From Oscillospiraceae bacterium (GTDB lineage Bacteria; Bacillota; Clostridia; Oscillospirales; Oscillospiraceae), in the NCBI GenBank assembly GCA_040307975.1, contig JAWRIJ010000080.1, positions 3,390-67,389 on the forward strand: DNA of 64,000 nucleotides, given 5' to 3'. The notes beneath the pieces were generated by a model. It was not told the origin of the DNA. It did not search any database and worked only from the letters and a program-made list of their open reading frames with translations. The stretch's first letter is position 1. Every line of letters begins with the position of its first letter. A program made the translations under genes and the position numbers. Of the stretch, positions 18,345-27,378 are shown one piece after another.

Positions 18345-18941
18345 TTGGCAGCTATGGACTTACACGAGCTTGAGGCGGCAATCGAGGGCATCCTCTTCGC
18401 CTCGGGCGAGCCGATCGGCATTGACCGTATCTGCATCGCGCTGGAGCTCGACAAGGATACGGCGGAACAGATCCTGCAAAAGCTGGAGGATCACTACGCC
18501 TATGAGCGGCGCGGCATCCGCCTCGTGCGGATGGACGATTCGTACCAGCTCTGTTCCGCACCGGACTACGCGGAGGTCATCCGCAAGGCGTTTGAGATCC
18601 GCAAGAGTGCGAAGCTCAGCCAGCCTGCGCTGGAGGTGCTGACCATCATCGCCTATTATCAGCCGACTACGCGCGCCTACGTCGACCAGGTGCGCGGCGT
18701 GGACAGCTCCTACACGATGGGACTTTTGCAGGAGCGAAAGCTCATCGAGGAGTGCGGGCGACTGCAGGTGCCGGGACGGCCGCGCCAGTACCGTACAACC
18801 AAAGAGTTCCTGCGGGTATTCCATCTGCGCTCGCTCGACGATCTGCCGGAGATGCCCGGCCTTGAACCGGAGGGACAGCTTCGCATCGGCGGCGAGGGCT
18901 TGTTCGATACGCAGGGAAATGTGCAGGACGAAACCGAATAA
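18345..18941 (+). CDS. scpB: Segregation and condensation protein B
   Basis: LSQPALEVLTIIAYYQPTTR, IRGVDS-like VRGVDS, and GRPRQYRTTKEFL. Confidence 0.95.
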   Translation: MAAMDLHELEAAIEGILFASGEPIGIDRICIALELDKDTAEQILQKLEDHYAYERRGIRLVRMDDSYQLCSAPDYAEVIRKAFEIRKSAKLSQPALEVLTIIAYYQPTTRAYVDQVRGVDSSYTMGLLQERKLIEECGRLQVPGRPRQYRTTKEFLRVFHLRSLDDLPEMPGLEPEGQLRIGGEGLFDTQGNVQDETE

Positions 18942-18971
18942 ACGCGATATTTAACGAAAGGGGGCGGTCGC

Positions 18972-19664
18972 TTGACGGCGCTCAAAGCGCTCGGCGTCAT
19001 CCTGCTGGTCTTTCTCCTGATCGGATTTCTGCGCGTCGGCGCGATCGCTTTCTTTGAGGACGAGCTGCGCGTTAAGCTGCGCGTGGGGCTCATTCGCCTG
19101 ACGATTTTCCCAGGGCGGGCAAAGAAAGCCAAAAAGGGGAAGGAAGAGAAACCAAAGGAAGAAAAGCCGAAAGAGGGAAAACAAAAAAAGAGTCGCTCCA
19201 TCCCGAAGCCGACGCTCGAAGAGCTGCTCGATCTGGCGGAAACGGCTTTGTCGTCACTCGGCGCAATGGTGCGGCGAGCCTGCAAGCGCACGCGCATCGA
19301 CCCGCTGGAGCTGACGGTCGTGTTCGGCGGAGACGATCCTGCGGCGGTCGCGATGACCTACGGCTTCACGAGCGCCGTAATGTTCGCGGAGATGCCCAAA
19401 ATGGAGGAAAGGTTCTGCGTTCCCGACCCATCGCTGCACCTGCGCATGGACTTCGACGCGGAAGCGACGAGCGTAACTGGGCGCGTAGGCGTGTCGCTGC
19501 GCGTCTGCGACCTTTTTGCCATCGTATTTACGCTGATCGTTCCGATGGCGAAGTGGTTCCTGCGCTTTAAAAAGGCGCACAAGAATGACCAACCGTCGCA
19601 TAGAGCCCCAGAAACCGAACCGGAGCATAAAGGCGAGAACAATACGAAAGATAAGATCGCATAG
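18972..19664 (+). CDS. DUF2953 / YtfI-like membrane protein
   Basis: N-terminal TM helix, Lys-rich linker, GGDDPAAVAMTYG segment; precedes ytfJ. Confidence 0.75.
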   Translation: MTALKALGVILLVFLLIGFLRVGAIAFFEDELRVKLRVGLIRLTIFPGRAKKAKKGKEEKPKEEKPKEGKQKKSRSIPKPTLEELLDLAETALSSLGAMVRRACKRTRIDPLELTVVFGGDDPAAVAMTYGFTSAVMFAEMPKMEERFCVPDPSLHLRMDFDAEATSVTGRVGVSLRVCDLFAIVFTLIVPMAKWFLRFKKAHKNDQPSHRAPETEPEHKGENNTKDKIA

Positions 19665-19678
19665 AAAGGACAGACACT

Positions 19679-20074
19679 ATGGAAAACGTTGAGAAGAAGT
19701 CGCAGCTGAGCGAGCTCATGGAGACTACGATGGGCAAGATCCGCGAGATGGTCGACTCCAACTCCATTATCGGCGAGCCGATCACGACGCCGGACGGCGT
19801 GACGGTCATTCCCGTCTCGCGCGTTACCTTTGGCTTCGGCACGGGCGGCAGCGATTATGGCAAAACCGTCGATAAATTCGGCGGCGGAGGCGGCGCCGGC
19901 GTGAAGATCGACCCGGTATCCTTCCTGATCATCAAGGACGGCGTGACGCGCGTGGTGCCTGTCGCTCTGCCTGCCATCGGGCCGGTGGACCGTATCCTTG
20001 ACATGATGCCCGAGGTTGTCGAGCGCGTCGAGGGCTTCGTTGCAAAGAAAAAAGAAGAAAAAGGCATGTTCTGA
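19679..20074 (+). CDS. ytfJ: Sporulation protein YtfJ (GerW family)
   Basis: VDSNSIIGEPI, IPVSRVTFGFGTGG and FGGGGGAGV. Confidence 0.92.
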   Translation: MENVEKKSQLSELMETTMGKIREMVDSNSIIGEPITTPDGVTVIPVSRVTFGFGTGGSDYGKTVDKFGGGGGAGVKIDPVSFLIIKDGVTRVVPVALPAIGPVDRILDMMPEVVERVEGFVAKKKEEKGMF

Positions 20075-20124
20075 TGTGGAGAAAACGGGCATAATAAGAC
20101 CACTTGTGTTCAAGAGGTGGTTTT

Positions 20125-21240
20125 ATGCCGCGTTTTTTGCGCCGTATCATATCATGGGTTTTGCTTGCACAGTTTCTGCTGGGCGTGACGCCCTGCCGTG
20201 CCGCCGCGCCGGATGTCGCCGCGTATTCTTACGTGCTGATGGACGCGGACAGCGGGCGCGTGCTGCTCGCGCGCGGCGAGACGACGGAATTGCCGATCGC
20301 CAGCACGACGAAAATCATGACCGCGCTCGTTGCGCTGAGGGAGAGCCGGCTCACGGATAAGGTTGCGGTCAAGCGTGAGCACCTTAAGGAAGGCTCGTCG
20401 ATGTACCTCGCCGAGGGCGAGACGCTGACGATGGAGGCGCTGCTCTATGGGCTGATGCTGCCGTCTGGCAACGACGCGGCGGAGTGCATCGCGGACTGGT
20501 GCGGCAAGGGGCGCGAGGCGTTTGTCAGAAAGATGAACGTGGAGGCGGCAGAGCTCGGCATGTCGCACACGGCGTTTGCCAATCCCAGCGGATTGGACGA
20601 GGAGGGGCACTACTCCTGCGCGCTTGACATGGCGCGATTGATGGCGCGCGCGATGCGCGATCCGACATTTGTGCAGATCGTCTCTGCGCATACCGCAACG
20701 GTCGGCACGCGGACGATGGGCAACCACAACAAGCTGCTCGGCGCGTTTGCGGGCTGCATCGGCGGCAAGACCGGCTTTACGAACGGCGCGGGGCGCACGC
20801 TTGTGACCTGCGCGGAGCGCGATGGGCTGCGGCTCGTTGTCGTGACGCTGCATGACGGCAGCGATTGGAATGACCACAAGGCGCTCTATGAGTACGGCTT
20901 TTCCGTTTACCGCGCGGAGCGCGCGGTCGTGCGCGGAAAGGAATACGCGCTTGCCGCGGTGCGCGGCGGCGAGGCGACCTGCGTACGGCTTTGCGCGGCG
21001 GAGGACTTCCGCTATCCGGTTGCGGAGAAGGAATCGCTGACGCTCCGCGTCGAAGCGGAAAGCGCCGTGCCCGCGCCGGTGAAGGCGGGACAGAAGCTCG
21101 GCAGGGCGGTCATACTGCTCAATGGTGCGGAGACTGGATGCGTCGATCTCGTCGCCTTGCAGGACGTCGCGGCGTTGGAGGAGGTATCCGCGCGGACGCT
21201 GTCGAGTCGGCTGCGCGCGTTGTGGCTGGGAAAACGATAG
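20125..21240 (+). CDS. dacB: D-alanyl-D-alanine carboxypeptidase (DacB/DacF family)
   Basis: Signal peptide and the SxxK (ASTTK), SxN (SGN) and KTG motifs. Start at ATG 20125 after AAGAGGTGG. Confidence 0.85.
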   Translation: MPRFLRRIISWVLLAQFLLGVTPCRAAAPDVAAYSYVLMDADSGRVLLARGETTELPIASTTKIMTALVALRESRLTDKVAVKREHLKEGSSMYLAEGETLTMEALLYGLMLPSGNDAAECIADWCGKGREAFVRKMNVEAAELGMSHTAFANPSGLDEEGHYSCALDMARLMARAMRDPTFVQIVSAHTATVGTRTMGNHNKLLGAFAGCIGGKTGFTNGAGRTLVTCAERDGLRLVVVTLHDGSDWNDHKALYEYGFSVYRAERAVVRGKEYALAAVRGGEATCVRLCAAEDFRYPVAEKESLTLRVEAESAVPAPVKAGQKLGRAVILLNGAETGCVDLVALQDVAALEEVSARTLSSRLRALWLGKR

Positions 21241-21251
21241 GAGCGTGGCTT

Positions 21252-21959
21252 TTGAAGCAGCGTTTGCAAAAACTGATCGCCGCCGCGGGACTTTGCTCCC
21301 GCAGAACGGCGGAGGCGTGGATCGAAGCGGGGCGCGTCCGAGTGAACGGGAGAGCCGCGACGCTCGGACAGAGCGCCGACCCCGATGCGGACGAGATCAC
21401 GGTAGACGGAAAGCCGTTTGCGGTTCCGGAAGAGAAATGCTATGTGATGCTCCACAAGCCGCGCGGTTATGTCTGCACGATGTCTGACGAAAAGGGACGG
21501 CCGACGGTTGCCGAGCTGGTGCGCGGATGCGGCGCAAGGGTCGTTCCGGTAGGGCGGCTGGACTTTGATTCCGAGGGTCTGCTGCTGATGACCAACGACG
21601 GAGAGTGGATGCAGCGGTTGCTGCATCCCAAATTCGAGGTGGACAAGATCTATTATGTGACGGTCGCCGGCATGGTCGGCGGCGCGGCGGAACGGCTCGC
21701 GGCGATGCGTGAGCTGGACGGGGCGCCGATCCACCCTGCGCAGGTGAAGCTGCTGCGCGAAGGCAAGGAGACGGCGGAGCTGGAAATCACGATCCACGAG
21801 GGGAAAAACCGTCAGATCCGGCGTATGTGCGCCGCCGCGGGGCTGCATGTGAAGCGCCTGCGCCGCGTAGCGGAGCATCGTTTCCGGCTTGGCGACCTGC
21901 CGGAGGGCAAGTGGCGTTTCCTGACCGCGGAGGAGCTTCACGATTTCGAAAAGGAATAG
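21252..21959 (+). CDS. rluB: 23S rRNA pseudouridine synthase RluB-type
   Basis: S4 domain (RLQKLIAAAGLCSRR) and GRLDFDSEGLLLMTNDG. TTG start at 21252 after TAGGAG. Confidence 0.9.
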   Translation: MKQRLQKLIAAAGLCSRRTAEAWIEAGRVRVNGRAATLGQSADPDADEITVDGKPFAVPEEKCYVMLHKPRGYVCTMSDEKGRPTVAELVRGCGARVVPVGRLDFDSEGLLLMTNDGEWMQRLLHPKFEVDKIYYVTVAGMVGGAAERLAAMRELDGAPIHPAQVKLLREGKETAELEITIHEGKNRQIRRMCAAAGLHVKRLRRVAEHRFRLGDLPEGKWRFLTAEELHDFEKE

Positions 21960-21969
21960 GAGAGGGCGT

Positions 21970-22833
21970 ATGGCGAAGAGCATTTTACATACGATAGAGA
22001 AGAATATGATCAGCTTTTCCAAGGGGCAGAAGCTGATTGCGAGATATATTTTGGAAAACTATGACAAGGCGGCGTTTATGACCGCGAGCAAGCTTGGCAA
22101 GACCGCGCAGGTGAGCGAGTCCACTGTCGTACGCTTTGCCACGCAGCTCGGCTACGATGGGTATCCGAGCATGCAGCGCGCGCTGCAGGAGATGATACGC
22201 GGCAAGCTCACGTCCATCCAGCGCATCCAGGCGTCGGACGGGATGCTCTCCGGATCTGACCTGATGACGAATGTGCTGCACCGCGACATGGAGAAGATCC
22301 GTATGGCAATCGACCAGACCGACGCCGCGGAATTTGAGCGCGTGGTCGACACGGTCGTGGCGGCAAAGCGGCTGTACCTCATCGGGTTTCGCTCGTCGTC
22401 CTTCCTCGCGGGTTACCTTAATTTCTATTTTCGCCTGATCTTTGACAACGTGACCCTTGTGCAGAGTGGCGCGGCAGGAACTTTCGACCAAATTTTCCGC
22501 GTGGGGCCAGGCGACGTGGTGTTTGCGATCTGCTTCCCGCGTTATTCGGAGCTTGCGCTCAAGACCATCCAGTTTGCCAAGGAGCGCGGCGCGACGGTCG
22601 TGGGCCTGACGGACAGTGAGATGTCGCCCATCGCGCGCGCGGCGGACTGCACGCTGTTGGTGCATAACGAGATGATTTCCTTCGTCGACTCCCTCGCCGC
22701 GCCCATGAGCATGCTCAACGCGCTCATTCTCGCGGCGGCGCGCAAGAAGGGGACGGACGTGTCGGCGAGCTTTTCGGAGCTGGAGCACGTGTGGGAGAGG
22801 TTCTCGATTTTCGGGAAGGTCGAGGATGAGTAA
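21970..22833 (+). CDS. MurR/RpiR family transcriptional regulator (HTH + SIS)
   Basis: FSKGQKLIARYI and SESTVVRFATQLGYDGY, followed by a SIS domain. Confidence 0.92.
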   Translation: MAKSILHTIEKNMISFSKGQKLIARYILENYDKAAFMTASKLGKTAQVSESTVVRFATQLGYDGYPSMQRALQEMIRGKLTSIQRIQASDGMLSGSDLMTNVLHRDMEKIRMAIDQTDAAEFERVVDTVVAAKRLYLIGFRSSSFLAGYLNFYFRLIFDNVTLVQSGAAGTFDQIFRVGPGDVVFAICFPRYSELALKTIQFAKERGATVVGLTDSEMSPIARAADCTLLVHNEMISFVDSLAAPMSMLNALILAAARKKGTDVSASFSELEHVWERFSIFGKVEDE

Positions 22834-24055
22834 GGTCGTAGTAGTCGGCGGCGGCGCCGCCGGGATGATGGCGGCGATCGCGGCATCCGGCGCGCTCGCC
22901 GCTGTTACGCTGTTAGAGCCGAACGAGCGTCTTGGCAAAAAACTCAACATCACGGGCAAGGGCCGCTGTAACGTGACAAATGACAGTGCATGCGACGAAT
23001 TGATTGCGCATATTCCGCGTAACGGCAAATTCCTTTACAGTGCATTTTCTCGTTGGGATGGACGCGATACGATGGCTTTTTTTGAGTCGCTTGGCGTACC
23101 GCTCAAGGTCGAGCGCGGCAAGCGGGTCTATCCCGTGTCCGACCGCTCGTTCGACATCAGCGGAGCGCTGGAGAAGGAGTTGCGGCGGCTCGGCGTCCGA
23201 TTGGCGCGTGTCCGCGCGGAGGCGCTGATTATCAAGGACGGGCGCGTCGCGGGCGTTAAGGGCGAGGCGGAACGCTTTGATGCGGATGCGGTCATCGTGG
23301 CGACGGGCGGCGTTTCCTATCCTGCGACGGGCAGCACCGGCGACGGCTACCGCTTTGCCAAGCAGGCGGGTCATATGATTGTGCCGCCGCGCGCATCGCT
23401 TGTGCCGCTTGTGTGCGGCGACCCCGACTGTGCCGCAATGCAGGGGCTTTCGCTGCGCAACGTCAAGCTGACGGTGAAAAACCGTAAGAATAAAGCCGTT
23501 TACGAGGAGCAGGGCGAGCTGCTGTTCACGCATTTCGGCGTCAGCGGGCCGCTGGTGCTCTCCGCGAGCGCGCACATGCGGGATTTTGAAAAGGACGCCT
23601 ATCGCTTGTTTATCGACCTCAAGCCCGCGCTCGACGAGAAGAGGCTTGACGAGCGGCTCCTGCGCGATTTTGCGGAGCGGAGCAATCAAGACTTCGACAA
23701 TGTGCTCGGAGGGCTTGTGCCGCGCAGCATGATTCCGGTCATCGTCCGCCGGACAGACATCCCCGCAGCTTCAAAAGCAAACTCCATTACCAAGGAGCAG
23801 CGGCGAAGACTGCTCCGGACGCTCAAGTCATTTGAACTCTCGGTCACCGGAACGCGCAGCGTCGAGGAGGCGATCATTACCTCCGGCGGCGTCAAGGTCG
23901 GCGAGGTCGACCCGAATACGATGGCGTCCAAGCTGCTTCCGGGACTCTATTTTGCGGGTGAGGTGCTGGATGTGGACGCGTATACGGGCGGATTTAACCT
24001 GCAGATCGCATGGGCAACCGGCAGAGCCGCGGGTATCGCGGCCGCTGGGGCATAA
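22826..24055 (+). CDS. HI0933/YtfP family NAD(P)/FAD-dependent oxidoreductase
   Basis: VVGGGAAGMMAA, GKKLNITGKGRCNVTN and GEVLDVDAYTGGFNLQIAW. Confidence 0.93.
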   Translation: MSKVVVVGGGAAGMMAAIAASGALAAVTLLEPNERLGKKLNITGKGRCNVTNDSACDELIAHIPRNGKFLYSAFSRWDGRDTMAFFESLGVPLKVERGKRVYPVSDRSFDISGALEKELRRLGVRLARVRAEALIIKDGRVAGVKGEAERFDADAVIVATGGVSYPATGSTGDGYRFAKQAGHMIVPPRASLVPLVCGDPDCAAMQGLSLRNVKLTVKNRKNKAVYEEQGELLFTHFGVSGPLVLSASAHMRDFEKDAYRLFIDLKPALDEKRLDERLLRDFAERSNQDFDNVLGGLVPRSMIPVIVRRTDIPAASKANSITKEQRRRLLRTLKSFELSVTGTRSVEEAIITSGGVKVGEVDPNTMASKLLPGLYFAGEVLDVDAYTGGFNLQIAWATGRAAGIAAAGA

Positions 24056-24067
24056 GGAGGAAGAACG

Positions 24068-24751
24068 ATGGAGACAAAGCATTATGCGGTCGCACTCGAC
24101 GGGCCGTCCGGCGCGGGAAAGAGTACGCTTGCCAAGGCGGCGGCGAAAGAACTGCATATCATGTACGTCGATACCGGCGCGATCTATCGCGTTATCGGGC
24201 TGAGCGCCTACCGACGCGGCATCGAGCCGCGCGACGAAGCGGCGGTCAAGGCGTTTTTGCCGGAGCTGGACATCGGCATGAAGCACGGCGCGGACGGGAC
24301 GCAGCGGATGTACTTGGACGGGGAAGACGTGTCAGGCGCCATTCGCCTGCCGGAGATTTCCATGTATGCTTCCGCCGTGTCGGCGCACGCCTCCGTGCGC
24401 GCGTTCCTGCTTGAAATGCAGCGGAAGCTTGCCCGCGAACAAAGCGTCATCATGGATGGGCGCGACATCGGTACGATCGTTTTGCCGGATGCGGAGGTCA
24501 AGATATTTCTCACCGCGGACGCCGAGGTGCGCGCGAAGCGCCGCTTTTTGGAGCTGGAGCAGCGCGGCACGCCAAAGCCATACGACGAGGTGCTTGCGGA
24601 ACTGAAGGAACGTGATTATAACGACACCCACCGCGACGTCGCGCCGCTCAAGGCGGCGGAGGATGCGATTACAGTCGATACCTCCGCGCTTGATTTCGAG
24701 CAGAGTAAGGAACTGATCATTCGAACGATTCGGGAAAGGGCAGGGTTATGA
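24068..24751 (+). CDS. cmk: Cytidylate kinase
   Basis: ALDGPSGAGKST, YVDTGAIYR and MDGRDIGT. Confidence 0.97.
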   Translation: METKHYAVALDGPSGAGKSTLAKAAAKELHIMYVDTGAIYRVIGLSAYRRGIEPRDEAAVKAFLPELDIGMKHGADGTQRMYLDGEDVSGAIRLPEISMYASAVSAHASVRAFLLEMQRKLAREQSVIMDGRDIGTIVLPDAEVKIFLTADAEVRAKRRFLELEQRGTPKPYDEVLAELKERDYNDTHRDVAPLKAAEDAITVDTSALDFEQSKELIIRTIRERAGL

Positions 24752-25356
24752 CGCGATTTTACAGAGTTTTTCACCTCATCGTAACGCCGCTGCTTTGGCT
24801 GCTGTTTCCGTTTAAGGTCCACGGGCTTGAAAACGTTCCAAAGGATCGCCCCGTCGTGCTGTGCGCCAATCATGCCCATGCGATGGATCCTTTTCTGATT
24901 TGCATGGCGTTCCCGCGCCAGGTAAGAGTCCGGATCATGGCAAAAAAAGAGCTGATGGGTATTCCGTTCGTCGGCTGGCTGATCCGCAAGCTCGGCGCGT
25001 TTCCCGTTGACAGGGGCAACGGTGACCTTTCCGCAATCAAGAACTCGATCGAGACCATCAAGGACGGCGCACATCTGTTGGTGTTTCCGGAGGGAACACG
25101 CGTGGAACACGAAGGCGAGGTTCGTGCGCATCGCGGCGTCGTAATGATCGCCATGCGCACGGGTGCGCCGCTTTTGCCGGTATATGCCGGAAAGCGGCAC
25201 AAGCTGTTTCGTATGACGCACATCGTCTTTGGCGAGCCGTATGAGCCAAAGACCGCAATGCGCCACGGCACTGCCGAGGAGTATCAGCAGTATGCCGACG
25301 AGATCGTGCGCCGCGCCTACGCGCTCGGCAGAGAGTGGGAGAAAAAAACGGCATGA
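24748..25356 (+). CDS. plsC: 1-acyl-sn-glycerol-3-phosphate acyltransferase
   Basis: NHAHAMD (HxxxxD) and VFPEGTR. Confidence 0.9.
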   Translation: MTRFYRVFHLIVTPLLWLLFPFKVHGLENVPKDRPVVLCANHAHAMDPFLICMAFPRQVRVRIMAKKELMGIPFVGWLIRKLGAFPVDRGNGDLSAIKNSIETIKDGAHLLVFPEGTRVEHEGEVRAHRGVVMIAMRTGAPLLPVYAGKRHKLFRMTHIVFGEPYEPKTAMRHGTAEEYQQYADEIVRRAYALGREWEKKTA

Positions 25357-27314
25357 AAGTGATCCTTGCCAAAACGGCGGGCTTTTGCTACGGTGTGGAA
25401 CGCGCGGTGGAGCTCGCCGACGAGATAGCGCGCGGGCAAGGCGGCGCGATGCTCGGCAGCGTTATTCACAATGAGCATGTGGTTGCGGCGCTTGCCAAGC
25501 GGGGTATGAGGCAGATCTCTTCACCGGAGGAGGCAAAACCCGGGGAAAAGGTACTCATCCGCTCGCACGGCGAGCGGCGCGAGGTGCTGGAGGCACTGCG
25601 CTCGATCGGCGCGGAGATCGCGGACGCGACCTGTCCCAATGTCCGGCGCGCGCAGCAGCTTGTTGCCGAGGCGGAGCGGGAGGGACGTCAGGTCGTTATC
25701 ATCGGCGAGGCAAAGCACCCTGAGGTTGCCGCGGCCGCGAGTTATTGCTGCGGCGCGGCTGTCTGCGATTCGCCGGAGGCGGTGGAGGCGTGGTGGAACG
25801 GCGGTGGTTTTCCGTCTGACAAGCCCCTTACGGTGATCGCGCAGACGACCTGCATCCGTTCAATTTGGGAAAAATGCTTAAATTTTCTAAAAAAAGAGTG
25901 TACAAATCTAAAAGTTTATGATACAATATGCGGAGCTACGCAGAAACGTCAGGCTGAGGCGGCGGAAATCGCCGCGCAGGCGGACGTTATGGTGGTGGTC
26001 GGAGACCGCAAAAGCGCTAACACGAGACATTTGACAGAGATTTGCAAGGGGGCTTGCCCGCGCGTCGTTCAAATCGAAGCGGCGGACGAGCTCTCGCCGG
26101 ACGTCTTTATTGGTTGCATGGCTGCGGGACTTACCGCCGGCGCTTCAACGCCTGCGAGCATCATTAAGGAGGTATATGCAACCATGACGGAAGAAATCAA
26201 GAACGAAACCAAGGCGGCCGAGGGCGAGTCCTTCGAGGAGATGCTGGAAAAGTCTTTTAAGACTCTCAATACAGGAGACAAGGTCACCGGCATCGTGACG
26301 GCAATCGGCGCCACCGAGATCCAGGTAGACCTTGGCTGCAAGCAGGCGGGCTACATTCCGCTTTCCGAACTCAGCGCCGACCCCAACGCCAAGGCGGAGG
26401 ATATCGTCAAGGTCGGCGACGAGATTGAGACCTACATCGTCCGCGTCAACGACGTGGAGGGTTATGCGACGCTTTCCAAGAAGCGTCTTGACGCGGTCAA
26501 GGTTTGGGAGGACATCGAGAAGGCGGTCGAGGATAAGACCGTGCTTGAGGGTATTGTTTCCGAGATCAACAAGGGCGGCGTCGTCGTTTCCGTAAAGGGC
26601 GTGCGTGTGTTCGTGCCCGCGTCTCAGAGCGGCCAGCCTCGCGACGCCGACCTCAGCTCCATGGTCAAGCAGACCGTCAAGCTGCGTATCACGGAGGTCA
26701 ACCGTGCCCGCCGCCGCGTCGTCGGCTCCATCCGCAGCGTCCAGAGCGAGATCCGCGAGGCCGCGCAGAAGGAAGTTTGGGAGAATATTGAGGTCGGCAA
26801 GCACTACAGCGGCGTCGTTAAGTCCATGACCAGCTACGGCGTGTTCGTCGACATTGGCGGCGTGGACGGTATGGTTCACATCTCTGAGCTTTCTTGGAGC
26901 CGCATTAAGCACCCCTCTGAGGTCGTCAAGGTTGGCGATCAGCTCGACGTGTATGTGATTTCCTTCGACGCGGAGAAGCGTAAGATTTCCCTCGGCGTCA
27001 AGGATCGTACGCAGAACCCTTGGGATGTCTTTATGAAGACCTATAAGGTCGGCGATGTGGTGAACGTCCGCGTCGTGAAGCTGATGACTTTCGGCGCGTT
27101 TGCCGAGGTCGTGCCCGGCGTCGACGGTCTGATCCATATTTCTCAGATTGCGGATCGCCGCATCGAGAAGCCCGGCGACGTGCTTTCCGAGGGCCAAATG
27201 GTAGACGCGAAGATCACCGCGGTCGACGAGGAAAAGCAGAAGATATCCCTGAGCATCCGCGCACTGCTCGTTCCCGAGGCGAACGATGGCGAAGGAGCTT
27301 CCGAAGAGGAGTAA
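25353..27314 (+). CDS. ispH-rpsA: Bifunctional IspH / 30S ribosomal protein S1 fusion
   Basis: IspH motifs GFCYGV, DATCP, DTICGAT, KSANT and LTAGASTP, followed in frame by four S1 domains (e.g. YGVFVDIGGVDGMVHISELSW). Confidence 0.95.
   Translation: MKVILAKTAGFCYGVERAVELADEIARGQGGAMLGSVIHNEHVVAALAKRGMRQISSPEEAKPGEKVLIRSHGERREVLEALRSIGAEIADATCPNVRRAQQLVAEAEREGRQVVIIGEAKHPEVAAAASYCCGAAVCDSPEAVEAWWNGGGFPSDKPLTVIAQTTCIRSIWEKCLNFLKKECTNLKVYDTICGATQKRQAEAAEIAAQADVMVVVGDRKSANTRHLTEICKGACPRVVQIEAADELSPDVFIGCMAAGLTAGASTPASIIKEVYATMTEEIKNETKAAEGESFEEMLEKSFKTLNTGDKVTGIVTAIGATEIQVDLGCKQAGYIPLSELSADPNAKAEDIVKVGDEIETYIVRVNDVEGYATLSKKRLDAVKVWEDIEKAVEDKTVLEGIVSEINKGGVVVSVKGVRVFVPASQSGQPRDADLSSMVKQTVKLRITEVNRARRRVVGSIRSVQSEIREAAQKEVWENIEVGKHYSGVVKSMTSYGVFVDIGGVDGMVHISELSWSRIKHPSEVVKVGDQLDVYVISFDAEKRKISLGVKDRTQNPWDVFMKTYKVGDVVNVRVVKLMTFGAFAEVVPGVDGLIHISQIADRRIEKPGDVLSEGQMVDAKITAVDEEKQKISLSIRALLVPEANDGEGASEEE
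25899..25927 (+). promoter_or_regulatory. Putative internal sigma-A promoter inside ispH, driving S1
   Basis: TGTACA, 17 bp, TACAAT with an extended TG, within an abruptly AT-rich patch (about 25860-25930) of a GC-rich gene. Confidence 0.65.
26166..26187 (+). promoter_or_regulatory. Internal RBS and in-frame ATG for a stand-alone S1, with an overlapping mini-ORF MQP
   Basis: AAGGAGGT (26166-73), out-of-frame ATG CAA CCA TGA (26176-87), and in-frame ATG 26184 at the IspH/S1 boundary. Confidence 0.65.
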
Positions 27315-27324
27315 GCAAAAACTG

Positions 27325-27354
27325 AAAAGGGACAGGCGGTGCCTGTCCCTTTTT
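27325..27354 (+). terminator. Intrinsic terminator after ispH-rpsA
   Basis: AAAAGGGACAGGC-GGT-GCCTGTCCCTTTTT. Confidence 0.85.
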
Positions 27355-27378
27355 GAAATGTAATGGAGGAAAGGTATC

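Noticed and set aside
27355-27378. TGTAAT as a -10 box for but
   Set aside because: It is a poor match with no -35, and the implied TSS would cut into the RBS.
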